Source of the DNA: a bacterium
Lineage (GTDB): Bacteria; UBA8248; JACPRG01; G963555815
Length of the DNA stretch: 64,000 nt
Direction of reading: 5' to 3'
Assembly: GCA_965218795.1 (NCBI GenBank)
Contig: OZ244653.1
Location: 2,336,001 to 2,400,000 of the forward strand
Made by a program: the position numbers and the translations under genes. The notes beneath the pieces are model-generated. The model did no database searches. It saw only the letters and a program-made list of their open reading frames with translations, and was not told where the DNA came from. Shown piece after piece: positions 41,471-50,507 of the stretch (its first letter is position 1; every line of letters starts with the position of its first letter).

Positions 41471-42543
41471 TCGCCGCCGAGGAAGGCCGGAGGGAGGAGC
41501 GCAGACAGAAGTATCTCTCCATCCTGGTGACCTATGCATTCGCGGGGATGCTCGCCCTGGTTATGGCCGCCCTGTTCGTTCTGGCTTTCGGGGGCAACGT
41601 TTGGGTGGCTTTTTTGACCGTTCTCAAGGCCAGCCTGGGCTCTTGGGGAGGATTCGCGCAAACCCTCAACAAGTTTTGTCCGCTCCTGCTGGGCTCTCTG
41701 GCGGTGGCCCTCGGGATGCGGGGCGGTTACTTCAACATAGGGGTGGACGGCCAGATCTACGTCGGGGCCGTCGGCATGACGGCCGTCGCCTTCGGCCTGA
41801 AGGGTTCCGGTCTGCCGTGGGGCCTGTTCGTTCCCCTCGGCCTTCTCGGCGGGATCCTGGCCGGCGCGTTCTGGGGGCTCATTCCGGGCTTCCTTCGCGT
41901 ACGGTATCAGGTGAGCGAGATTTTCGTCACCGTGATGCTGAACTTCATCGCGTTTTATCTCGTGGATTATCTGGCCAACGGTCCATGGAACGATCCCCTC
42001 GCCGGAGACGCCATCACCCATCCCATCCCGGATAACGCGGTGATGCCCGCGCTGATGACCCAGGCCGGGGCCCATACGGGAGTCCTGCTTGCGTTGGCGG
42101 GCACTGCGTTGATGGGTTTTTTGATGAGCCGGACCATCGTGGGCTATGAAATTCGAGCCGTTGGGGACAATCCGGTGGCGGCTCGATTTGGCGGCGTCAA
42201 CATCAGGCGCATCACCTTGATCACCATGCCCATCTGCGGCGCCCTGTCCGGTCTCGCGGGCGCCATCGAGGTGTCCGGCTTCCATCAGGCCATGATGCTG
42301 GGAATGACCGGGCCGGAGGGAGCCCCCCAATACGGCGCGATGGCAATTCTGATCGCCGTCATCGGGCGCAGGAACCCATTCGGCGTTACCATCGCCGCCG
42401 CTTTTTTCACCATCCTGCTCGTTGGTTCAGACTCTTTGCAGAGAAGCATCGGCCTCCCCTCCTCCGCCGTATTCGTATTTCAGGCCAGCACGGTTCTGGC
42501 CGTCCTCTACGTAGAGGCCAGACGGGGAATGAACAAGAAATAG
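41467..42543 (+). CDS. ABC transporter permease (BPD_transp_2)
   Basis: FNIGVDGQ, GYEIRAVGDNP.AA.FGG, GLAGA. Confidence 0.9.
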   Translation: MIAAEEGRREERRQKYLSILVTYAFAGMLALVMAALFVLAFGGNVWVAFLTVLKASLGSWGGFAQTLNKFCPLLLGSLAVALGMRGGYFNIGVDGQIYVGAVGMTAVAFGLKGSGLPWGLFVPLGLLGGILAGAFWGLIPGFLRVRYQVSEIFVTVMLNFIAFYLVDYLANGPWNDPLAGDAITHPIPDNAVMPALMTQAGAHTGVLLALAGTALMGFLMSRTIVGYEIRAVGDNPVAARFGGVNIRRITLITMPICGALSGLAGAIEVSGFHQAMMLGMTGPEGAPQYGAMAILIAVIGRRNPFGVTIAAAFFTILLVGSDSLQRSIGLPSSAVFVFQASTVLAVLYVEARRGMNKK

Positions 42544-42900
42544 GCGGGCCTGTCTGGTTAGCAGCGGTCGATGAAGGCGAATCCGGATTTGGGGGTACTG
42601 GCATTATCATCCCGCTTCAATCCAGATCCCGGACCTCTCCGGGAAGATGAGCAGGTTGCCCCCCTTCTTGACCATCTGCTCGGCCCGCCTGGGGCGAAGT
42701 ACTGTGATCTCCAGTTTTGGGGAAAGAGTTCTGGGGGAGACATTTTGAAAACTGTCCCCCCAGACCCTCCTCGAAAACTTTCGTTTCCCAATGGTGGCGG
42801 GCCTTTATGCCCGCCACCATCGAGGGGGGGAGAGCTTGCCCGATCAGCCGGCCCGTATCATGATGGGTCCATGGAAGCGCTTCGGGGGTCAGGCGAAAAG

Positions 42901-43764
42901 ATGCGGATCCGAATCGACATGAACGCATTCATCCGAGCGATGGTCGGGCTCGCAGTCCTCTTCGCGCTGACCGCATGCGGGGACGACGCCCCCGACGTCA
43001 TCTCGGGCGAGATCAAGGTCGCCCCGGCTTTGGCGTCCGAGATTCCGAGGAACCCGCTGCTCGTCATCGAGGCGCGGTCCAAAAGCAGCGGAAACCCGAA
43101 GGGACGCCCGGCGGTGGTGGCTGTGCAGCGGGTCCGGAATCCGAAGTTTCCGCTGAAGTACTTTCTGGGACCGCCCGACCGCGAGGGGGCGGGCAGGTTG
43201 TCCGGGGCGATTCAGGTCACGGCGAAGCTCTTCGGCGACGAGCTCAGCGGGGAGACGGCCAAGCCTTTCGCGCTGGTCGGAAGCTCGACCACGAATTCCG
43301 CGGACGGGCGCGGGAGGGACATCATCCTCGGCAGAAAGGAGCCGATCAGGCTGGCGGCTGTCCCGAAACGACCGCCGCGGCGTGCGGTAGCGCGGCCCGG
43401 GTCCGGACCGGGCCGGGCCTCCGCCGGGGAGTCGATCTCGGGGACGATCACGGTCTCCCCATCGCTCGGCCGGGCGCCGGGCGGGGGCGTGATCTTCGTG
43501 ATTGTTCGGCCCGCCGGGGTCAACGCGGGTCCGCCGCTGGCCGTCAGGCGGTTGAGAAATTCGGGCTTTCCGCTGAAGTATGAGGTGAGCGAGGCGAACG
43601 TGATGATCCGCGGGATGCCGTTTCAGGGGAGCGTGAACGTCACGGTCCGCCTGGACGGGGACGGTCGGGTGGGCAGTCAGCCCGGGGATCTGGAAGGGCG
43701 GGCGAAACAGCCCGTTCAGGTGGGCGACACGTCGGTCGATATCGTCCTCGACAAGCGCCGCTAG
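42901..43764 (+). CDS. Lipoprotein with two CcmI/CycH C-terminal-like domains
   Basis: Lipobox LTAC; repeated ISG.I.V.P.L..(P)P.AV.R...FPLKY pattern; C-terminal GDLEG..VDIVLD. Confidence 0.6.
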   Translation: MRIRIDMNAFIRAMVGLAVLFALTACGDDAPDVISGEIKVAPALASEIPRNPLLVIEARSKSSGNPKGRPAVVAVQRVRNPKFPLKYFLGPPDREGAGRLSGAIQVTAKLFGDELSGETAKPFALVGSSTTNSADGRGRDIILGRKEPIRLAAVPKRPPRRAVARPGSGPGRASAGESISGTITVSPSLGRAPGGGVIFVIVRPAGVNAGPPLAVRRLRNSGFPLKYEVSEANVMIRGMPFQGSVNVTVRLDGDGRVGSQPGDLEGRAKQPVQVGDTSVDIVLDKRR

Positions 43765-43997
43765 CGGCAGGTCATTGACCTGGGGACCCTATTGGCGTCG
43801 CATATCATGGCGGCGGCAGGGTCATCGACTCAAGAGCCACCGACTCAAACGCGCCGCAGCGATTTCGCCGCGTTGGGGATATTGTTCCTCCGGCGGCGTG
43901 TATCCTGAAATGCAGGGGCCGGGCGGGGCCTGTCCCGAGGAACGCGGGGGAGTTTCAGCCAATGGCCGCCCGCCCGTTTTTTCCTGATTTCTCAGTC

Positions 43998-44026
43998 TTG
44001 TCGGGTTTGGTCGCCGGTGCTATATT
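43998..44026 (+). promoter_or_regulatory. Sigma70-type promoter for tRNA-Leu(CAG)
   Basis: TTGTCG-17 bp-TATATT with an extended -10 TG, 26 bp upstream of the tRNA. Confidence 0.5.
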
Positions 44027-44052
44027 CCAAATGCCCGCCGGGATATTCAGGT

Positions 44053-44139
44053 GCCGAAGTGGCGGAACTGGTAGACGCGCTAGGTTCAGGGTCTAGTGGG
44101 GGCGACCCCGTGGGAGTTCGAGTCTCCCCTTCGGCACCA
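44053..44139 (+). tRNA. tRNA-Leu (anticodon CAG)
   Basis: GCCGAAGTGGCGGAACTGGTAGACGC-GCTAGG-TT-CAG-GG-TCTAG, long variable arm, AGTTCGAGTCT, CCA end. Confidence 0.97.
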
Positions 44140-44156
44140 TGATTTTACCCTCCCAC

Positions 44157-44200
44157 AAGGTCCATCCTCGGCCTTGTCGCTCCGCAATCAACCGCCACAA
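44157..44200 (+). repeat. 44-bp direct repeat, copy 1 (41/44 identical to 47054-47097)
   Basis: AAGGTCCRTCCTCGGCCTTGTCGCTCYGCRATCAACCGCCACAA. Confidence 0.85.
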
Positions 44201-44229
44201 ACAAAAATTGGCGCCATTGCAGGGATCCC

Positions 44230-44890
44230 ATACCAAATTTCTTTTTTGGGGGGGAGATCAGTATGGTGGCCCCGCGATTCCATGAGTATCTGGAAGAGCA
44301 CGGTTTCCTTTACGCCATCCGGCTTCCCGCCAACGAGGTCCTCCACGAAGAGATTGACTTTCTGCTCACTCGCCCAGTGGGTCGCCCGCCTGAGTAGCCC
44401 ATCGTCTACTATCACGACTTCCGGTATCAGGCTGGAAGCTGGAACCACGCCCGGCGGGTGGTCGCGAAGGTGGAGTGGCACTTGGGAGTTCTGTTTCCCC
44501 GTGTAGGCTTCATCGTGAGCAACCTCAGCGCTCGGCCTTAGGGGATCGTTCACTTCTACAACCAGCGAAGCACGGCCGAGCAGTGGATCAAGGAGGGCAA
44601 GTACGCTCTGAACTGGACCCGCCTCTCATGCCATCGATTTTTGACCAACCAGGTTCGCCTTTTGCTGTTCGTCTTGGCGTATTACGCTAGATAACATTCT
44701 GCGAAGGCCATTGCCCGATGGGTGTAGGTATTAGTCGCTACGGAGCTTGCAGGTCAAGCTGATAAAGATGGGCAGCCGGATCGTTCGCCATGCCCGACAC
44801 ATTATCTTTCAGTTGGCCGAGGTAGCCGTATCCAGGAAGGAGTTCGCCCTCTTCCTGGCCCGGATAGGCAGATTGCGGTCCGTACCTGTC
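44230..44890 (+). mobile_element. IS1380-family transposase remnant (C-terminal half, with stops and frameshifts)
   Basis: YAIRLPAN, YQAGSW..ARRVVAKVEWH..LFPRVGFIVSNL, YNQR.TAEQWIKEGK, KLIKMG.RIVRHAR..FQLAEV. Confidence 0.85.
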
Positions 44891-45069
44891 TCGTGTTTCG
44901 CGGAGCATTCCCCGTAGGCGGAAGGGGGATATTTCCTCCCTCACCGGTTGAATCGTCGGGAAGAATGACCGAAGGGAGGGACTCCGCGTTTTAGCCATGG
45001 CGGCTGGTGATGAGTGCCCAGCTGAGGGGCTTCGAGAAGCTCTTGACAGGGCCATTGGAGGGGGGTCTA

Positions 45070-45631
45070 ATGGCTTCAATCCGCAAAGGAGATCGGAAGG
45101 GCATCGACGGAGGTCGAGGGGCCTCCGAGGAGGAGTGGCGGGTACGTTGCGCGACTTGTTACAGGGGGGCACTGGACAAGCTGAAACAATTTCTTTCGCG
45201 GCCTAGTGCCCTCCCGCGGGTGCTCGCTAAGGGCCCGCTCGGAGAGAGTGACCGATTGCACCTGGGTCATCATCTGAATGGCCAGATCTACAGTCGAGAG
45301 AATATCCGGACCACCATCAATTCGTTTCATTATGACCAGTTCAATTTAGGAACGGTGGAATTCAAATCGCCGCCACATTCTACTATCTTCTCAAATTCTG
45401 GCTTGAGTGAGGTCCGAGTGGAGAGTGAGGATCAAGCCGGTCGGATTCGGCGAAGTGTTGAGAAGGGAGAGTGTGCGTGGTGTGGAAGACGCATCTCCGA
45501 CATGGCCGGACAAGAAAGGCTTGGGCGATGACCAGCGCGGAAGGTTTTGCAGCGTTGCTTGCATTGGAAATATGTATGGCGCCGAATTTCTCGAAAGACA
45601 CAAGAAGAAACTGAAATCATCTGAGAATTGA
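45070..45631 (+). CDS. Hypothetical protein with a C-terminal FCS/TRASH-like zinc finger (frameshift near 45500)
   Basis: CATC near the N-terminus; CAWC in one frame and FCSVAC in the next; strong RBS; stop 12 bp before the deaminase gene. Confidence 0.5.
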
Positions 45632-45643
45632 GTTTAGAAACCC

Positions 45644-46828
45644 ATGCTAATTGACGAGCCTGAGGGCATCCTTCCCCGACAGGAAATCAAGAAAATGGTG
45701 AACGACCGGAAGATTTGGTCGGATTTCACTATTTCGGATCGCCAACTCCAGCCCGCCAGCTTGGATCTTCGTCTTGGTGAGGAGGTGTACAGAGTCCAGA
45801 GCAGCTTCTTGCCCACCAATAGAACCGCGAAACACAGGCTGGATGATTTAACTATTCATAAGCAGAATCTCATAGACAAGGCCTACCTGGAGCCGGGCGT
45901 TGTCTACATCATTCCGCTCATGGAGCAACTATCTCTCCCCAAGGGCATAAGGGCAAGGGCCAATCCACGGAGCAGCACGGGTCGCCTGGACATCTTTACA
46001 CGGGTCATCACGGATCACAGCGATCACTTTGATGATATCCAGGAAAATTACCAAGGGCCATTGTATCTGGAAGTCTTGTCCCGCTCTTTCCCTATTCGGG
46101 TAAAGCGAGGGATGTCCCTGAGTCAAGTCCGCTTCATTCGTGGGGTCTCCCGGTGCACAGACACCCAAGTTGAAAGCTCTTATGATGCCGAAGGCCCCTT
46201 CCTTTACGAAGGAGATGAAATTGTCCGCATCGGAGAAATCTTGTTCCGAGAAGGGCTGTTTCTCCGGGTTGACCTTAGTGGCATCGCTGACACGCGTTGT
46301 GTTGGGTACAAGGCCCGAAGAAACAGCCGACTCATTGATCTCAGCCTGTTAAATCATTATCGCATTTTGGACTTTTGGGAGCCTGTCTTTAAGGAAGAGA
46401 ACGGCAGTATTATTCTTGAGAAAGATGAGTTTTACCTCCTTACCTCTAAAGAGAAGGTCTGTATTCCTCCCGGCTATGCGGCGGAAATGGTTGCGTACGA
46501 GCAAACCTCTGGTGAGCTTCGGACCCATTATGCTGGGTTTTTTGATCCGGGTTTTGGTTTCAGTGAAAATGGGGAAGTCAAGGGGACCGTTGCGGTTATG
46601 GAGGTTCGTGCTCTAGATGCCCCCTTTATGGTTGAGGATGGGCAGAGATTCTGCAAACTTCAGCTCGAAAAAATGGCATCCGCGCCTGATCTGGTTTATG
46701 GTTCGAAAGAGGCCGGATCATCTTATCAGTTTCAGGGACTCACACCATCTAAACACTTCCTACCCGTGCAAGTGGACATAGGAGAAATCAAAAGTCGAGA
46801 ACAAATAGAACAATTATCTTTGGGTTAA
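45644..46828 (+). CDS. dcd: dCTP deaminase, long two-domain (dUTPase-fold, alphaproteobacterial DCD-type)
   Basis: QLQPASLDLRLG, ANPRSSTGRLDIFTR, YQGPLYLE, GELRTHYAGFFDPGFG, YQFQGL..SKHF. Confidence 0.87.
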   Translation: MLIDEPEGILPRQEIKKMVNDRKIWSDFTISDRQLQPASLDLRLGEEVYRVQSSFLPTNRTAKHRLDDLTIHKQNLIDKAYLEPGVVYIIPLMEQLSLPKGIRARANPRSSTGRLDIFTRVITDHSDHFDDIQENYQGPLYLEVLSRSFPIRVKRGMSLSQVRFIRGVSRCTDTQVESSYDAEGPFLYEGDEIVRIGEILFREGLFLRVDLSGIADTRCVGYKARRNSRLIDLSLLNHYRILDFWEPVFKEENGSIILEKDEFYLLTSKEKVCIPPGYAAEMVAYEQTSGELRTHYAGFFDPGFGFSENGEVKGTVAVMEVRALDAPFMVEDGQRFCKLQLEKMASAPDLVYGSKEAGSSYQFQGLTPSKHFLPVQVDIGEIKSREQIEQLSLG

Positions 46829-47053
46829 CAGGGAACATACGACTGGGTATCGGATGATGCATGACCCCGAAGGGGGAATCTATGTAAGGAGAGAATGTTG
46901 TAGGGGACCTATTATTCTACTGGGGGGAGTAGCAATCGTGGCCATAATCGCGTTTTTATCACTCTGAGAGAGTCGGGGGGCCAGACGGGCTGACCATCCG
47001 TCGCGGGATAGTGGGACCTGCCCTCCGACCAGAGCTGCGATTTCACCTTTCCA

Positions 47054-47097
47054 AAGGTCCGTCCTCGGCCTTGTCGCTCTGCGATCAACCGCCACAA
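47054..47097 (+). repeat. 44-bp direct repeat, copy 2
   Basis: Matches 44157-44200 with 3 mismatches. Confidence 0.85.
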
Positions 47098-47158
47098 TCG
47101 GATGTCGGGATGTGAGACCGGACCCTGGCTCTGTAAAATCGGGTTTGGGAGGGAAACG

Positions 47159-47467
47159 ATGACGACCGTGGAAAAAATCGACGATCGTACGTTCAGCGTG
47201 ACCGTAGAAGACCAAACAACGACAACGCATACTGTGACAGTGGATCCCTCATATCATCAAAAGCTGACGGGCAACCGCGTCTCGACGAAAAATTTGGTCA
47301 AGAAATCTTTCGAATTTCTCTTGGAGCGGGAACCCAATACAAGCATTTTGCGGACGTTTGATCTGCCGGTTATCGGCAGCTATTTCCCGGAATATGAGAC
47401 GACAATCCAGACGATGCTGGACGATGCTGTAGGTCATCATCAAAGGGGGCGAGTCCTTGCCGGCTGA
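47159..47467 (+). CDS. Small conserved hypothetical protein
   Basis: TTH.VTV...LV..SFEFLLEREP..SILR.FDL.VI..YFPEYE pattern, recognised as a widespread hypothetical family; GGAGG RBS. Confidence 0.75.
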   Translation: MTTVEKIDDRTFSVTVEDQTTTTHTVTVDPSYHQKLTGNRVSTKNLVKKSFEFLLEREPNTSILRTFDLPVIGSYFPEYETTIQTMLDDAVGHHQRGRVLAG

Positions 47468-47793
47468 CCGTCAGACCTGATGCCCCCCCCCACGCCGCTC
47501 GAACCTTTTCGAGAAAAACCGGCCAACCCAGGATTTGACGCCTTCGTCGTTTTTCCAGTGCTGGCAAGCCAATCGAAAAAGTGATAGAAGAATCACAGAC
47601 CCATCATTCGACGGGTTCCGGGCAGGCGCCGAACTTGGACCGATGATTCCGGGACGGAATTTCGGGAGGTGGTTCGTCCGGCTTGTGGCGAGGGGAGGGG
47701 TTTCGAGGGTCGGGTCGCAGGGCGACGCAGACCGTCTGACACCTTGAAACCTTAGGGGCCATGGATATCAGGGCATCAGAAGGAGAGCATCCG

Positions 47794-48807
47794 ATGATAC
47801 GAAGAGTCTTCATGGGAGCGGGGGCAGTCCTGTTGGCCGTTCTTTTGGCCGCGACTGCGGGCCAGGACGCGTTCGCGGCGAAGAAGGTGAAGATCGGTCT
47901 CTTCCCCTTCGGGGCGGGCCGCATGGTCGACCAGTACATCCTGGATAACGGTATCCACAAGAAGTGGGGCGCGAAGATCGGGGTCGAATTTGAGATTTCC
48001 CACCCCCGGGACGACTTCGCGGCCTTCATGGGCAAATCCGTCAACATTGTCGCCCTGAGCACGATGGAGGTGGCCCGTGTCGTCGCGGACGAAGGCTACG
48101 ACCTCATCATGTACGGCAGGCAGGTGGACGCCTTCACCACCATGTATGTCCGTAAGGATTCTGCCTACAAAGGCCCGGGGGACCTCAAGGGCAAGAAGAT
48201 CGTCCATCCGGGGTGGGACACGGGCAGCGCGCAGATGGGCTCCATCCTGCTGAAAGAATGGTACGGAATTGATATGAAGAAGGACTTCCGGGTCGTCACT
48301 GCTCCGTGGCCCGTGGGACCCCAGCTTCTGGCCAAGGGGGATGTGGAGATGTCCATCAACCTCGTTCCCCTGACGATGAAGCTGGAAATGGATGGGAAAA
48401 TTCGCCCCCTGTTCCCCGGGTACGCCAAGGAGTGGGCCAAGCGGCGGGGGACCGGCCACCACCTGACGATCACCAACTTCACCTCCTGGGGCAAATGGCT
48501 CAATAACAACGAGGAGGCCGCGCGGGCCTGGCTGGGGCTCTATTCAGAGGGGATGAAGTACGCCCACGAAAACACTTTGGAGTGGGCCAAGACGTACAGA
48601 AACTTCATCACCAAGAACGCCACGGATGCGCAGGTGAAATGGTTCGCCGGATGGTTGAAGGACACGGGCGTTGTGTACCAGAATGCCTATATCGACCAGA
48701 AATTCGTCGAAGAGGAGAATGCATTCCTGAGGATGGGGATCAAGGCCGGCATACTCAAACCCTCTGTGATCAACCCCAAGATCTGGAGAACCCTCAAAGC
48801 CATGTAA
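47794..48807 (+). CDS. ABC transporter substrate-binding protein (NMT1/SsuA-like)
   Basis: Signal peptide, DLKGKKI, periplasmic-binding-type layout; followed by a terminator. Confidence 0.75.
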   Translation: MIRRVFMGAGAVLLAVLLAATAGQDAFAAKKVKIGLFPFGAGRMVDQYILDNGIHKKWGAKIGVEFEISHPRDDFAAFMGKSVNIVALSTMEVARVVADEGYDLIMYGRQVDAFTTMYVRKDSAYKGPGDLKGKKIVHPGWDTGSAQMGSILLKEWYGIDMKKDFRVVTAPWPVGPQLLAKGDVEMSINLVPLTMKLEMDGKIRPLFPGYAKEWAKRRGTGHHLTITNFTSWGKWLNNNEEAARAWLGLYSEGMKYAHENTLEWAKTYRNFITKNATDAQVKWFAGWLKDTGVVYQNAYIDQKFVEEENAFLRMGIKAGILKPSVINPKIWRTLKAM

Positions 48808-48878
48808 CGTCACGGGGAAGGGGGAACTCCCGGTTTTCGGTGCCGGGGTTGACGCAGGATTCGAGTACGTAAGCGGGG

Positions 48879-48920
48879 AGGGCCCGGGGGCCGTTCATGT
48901 CCCCCGGGCCCTTTTACTTT
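48879..48920 (+). terminator. Rho-independent terminator
   Basis: AGGGCCCGGGGG / CCCCCGGGCCCT stem followed by a T-rich tail, between convergent genes. Confidence 0.75.
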
Positions 48921-48979
48921 CTTGCAGGTCCGTCCGCCGGCCGGGCGTCCCGGGAAAGGCAGATCAAGGCCGGTTCGGG

Positions 48980-50050
48980 TCAGGCATCGACACCGAGCTC
49001 GCGGAGCATCCTTCGGTACGCCAGGGCCACGCCGTCCGGGGTCTTGACGTGCAGTTCCTCGGCCAGGTCGAGGGGCAGCTCCTCCGGTCTCTGTCTCTCG
49101 ACGATCACGCGGTCCTGCTCGACCACCGTCCGCAGGAACTTCAGGCGTTCCTCGGTCGATGGATCCGTTTCCCCCCCGATGACCTCGTGCTCGTCCACGT
49201 AGACCGGGCCGTTGGCGATGCCCGGCGCGTCCAGGCCGAAGTTGCGGGTCAACAGTAAAAACCGGGTGCTCTCGTTGGCCGAATTGGGTGTCGCCACGAC
49301 GTACATGACCTCCACCTTGCCCCCGTGTTCCCCCTTCCAGAAACGAAGGGTGAAGGGCCGCGTCAGAAAATACTCCCGGAGGTGGGACCGCGGGACCAAG
49401 CCATCCGGCGTCTGGTCGAACCAGAACCGGAGCCGTTCCTCTTCACGCTTGATTTGGATGTCCGGCGCCAGGATGTTTTTCTCGCTGCCCAGCAGCTCCG
49501 GGTGCACCCAGGCCAGGTGGGCCTGATCCACGAAATTCTCCATGACCCTCGCCGCGCTGCTCTTCCACGCCTTCTTTTCCGCGATCAGCATCCCGTAGCT
49601 CGGGTCCTCGAACTCCGGAAATTCAGGAATGGAGGCCCGGGGTTCGTCGGACAGGGAGACCCAGACCATGCCGTACTTCTCCTGGGTGGGGTAGGCGGTG
49701 AGGCAGGCCTTCTTGGGGATGGGGTGCTCGGGCGGGATCGAAGGGATCCGCACGCATTTGCCGTCCGAATCGTACGCCCACCCGTGATAAGCGCAGACGA
49801 TGGTTCCGTTTTCCACCCATCCGAGGGTGATGGGGGTTCCGCGATGGATGCACAGGTCGTGGAACGCCCTGGCCCGGCCGCCGATTCGGCAGACCGCCAA
49901 GCGTTCGTCCAACAGCTTGACGGCCACGGGCTTCTCGCCCAGTTGGCTGGAATAAGCGACTGGGTGCCAGTATTCGCGCAGTGCGGGCCAGAGGTCAGAC
50001 TCTCGCTTGGGGTCCTTGCCGGACTTCACTGGTTCTGGGTTCCCGGCCAC
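48980..50050 (-). CDS. Rieske non-heme iron oxygenase, VanA/NdmA-like demethylase subfamily
   Basis: CIHRG..CAYHGW Rieske ligands; ENFVDQAH..VH and EQD mononuclear iron ligands. Confidence 0.9.
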   Translation of the reverse strand: MAGNPEPVKSGKDPKRESDLWPALREYWHPVAYSSQLGEKPVAVKLLDERLAVCRIGGRARAFHDLCIHRGTPITLGWVENGTIVCAYHGWAYDSDGKCVRIPSIPPEHPIPKKACLTAYPTQEKYGMVWVSLSDEPRASIPEFPEFEDPSYGMLIAEKKAWKSSAARVMENFVDQAHLAWVHPELLGSEKNILAPDIQIKREEERLRFWFDQTPDGLVPRSHLREYFLTRPFTLRFWKGEHGGKVEVMYVVATPNSANESTRFLLLTRNFGLDAPGIANGPVYVDEHEVIGGETDPSTEERLKFLRTVVEQDRVIVERQRPEELPLDLAEELHVKTPDGVALAYRRMLRELGVDA

Positions 50051-50169
50051 GGCGCATCCCTTCTCCCGGCTGATTCGACCGATGCCTTGTCCGCATGGAC
50101 AAAGAGGTTTGCAGGTCTTGATGGATTATAGACCATGTTGAAAAAATTTTCGATTCCGTCAGCCTGCCG

Positions 50170-50420
50170 CGGACCCTCGACCGATCGGCCCGCCCATGAG
50201 CCAGCTGAAGACTTCGAACCTGAGCTTGCCCTTCAGAGGCCAAGCCCAAGTGTTGCCGATGACCATGCCACGCATCCGCTCCAGGTACAACTCCACCAGG
50301 GAAAGCCCGATCGGCCCGCCTCAATCCTGCATGACACAGGATGAAGTCAGCGAGCTCAGGCCTCTCGACGACATCGGCGAGAACCTCAGTGTGCGTACTG
50401 GGCAGGAAGTCGTACCCTCC
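50170..50420 (-). pseudogene. Haloalkane dehalogenase-like alpha/beta hydrolase fragment
   Basis: Hand translation: GYDFLPSTHTEVLADVVE..LADFIL/VMQD*GGPIGL..MVIGNTWAWP; nucleophile elbow QDWGG has TGG changed to TGA. Confidence 0.6.
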
Positions 50421-50507
50421 TCATTTCATGCCCGGCTCAAAATTCAGTCCTGAAAGCCCCCCGCGGCTTTTCGCGTTTCCACGGAACCCGCAGGACGCGG
50501 ACGCTTG

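Noticed and set aside
46885-46970. Hydrophobic peptide PIILLGGVAIVAIIAFLSL after an AAGGAG, as a third gene of the dcd islet
   Set aside because: No in-frame start codon (the nearby ATG is followed by TTG TAG); too short to support.
50320-50330. TGA in place of Trp in QD*GG, and TGA at 63568, as possible recoding or selenocysteine
   Set aside because: Many intact genes here end in TGA; the first case lies in a decayed fragment and the second is explained by a frameshift.
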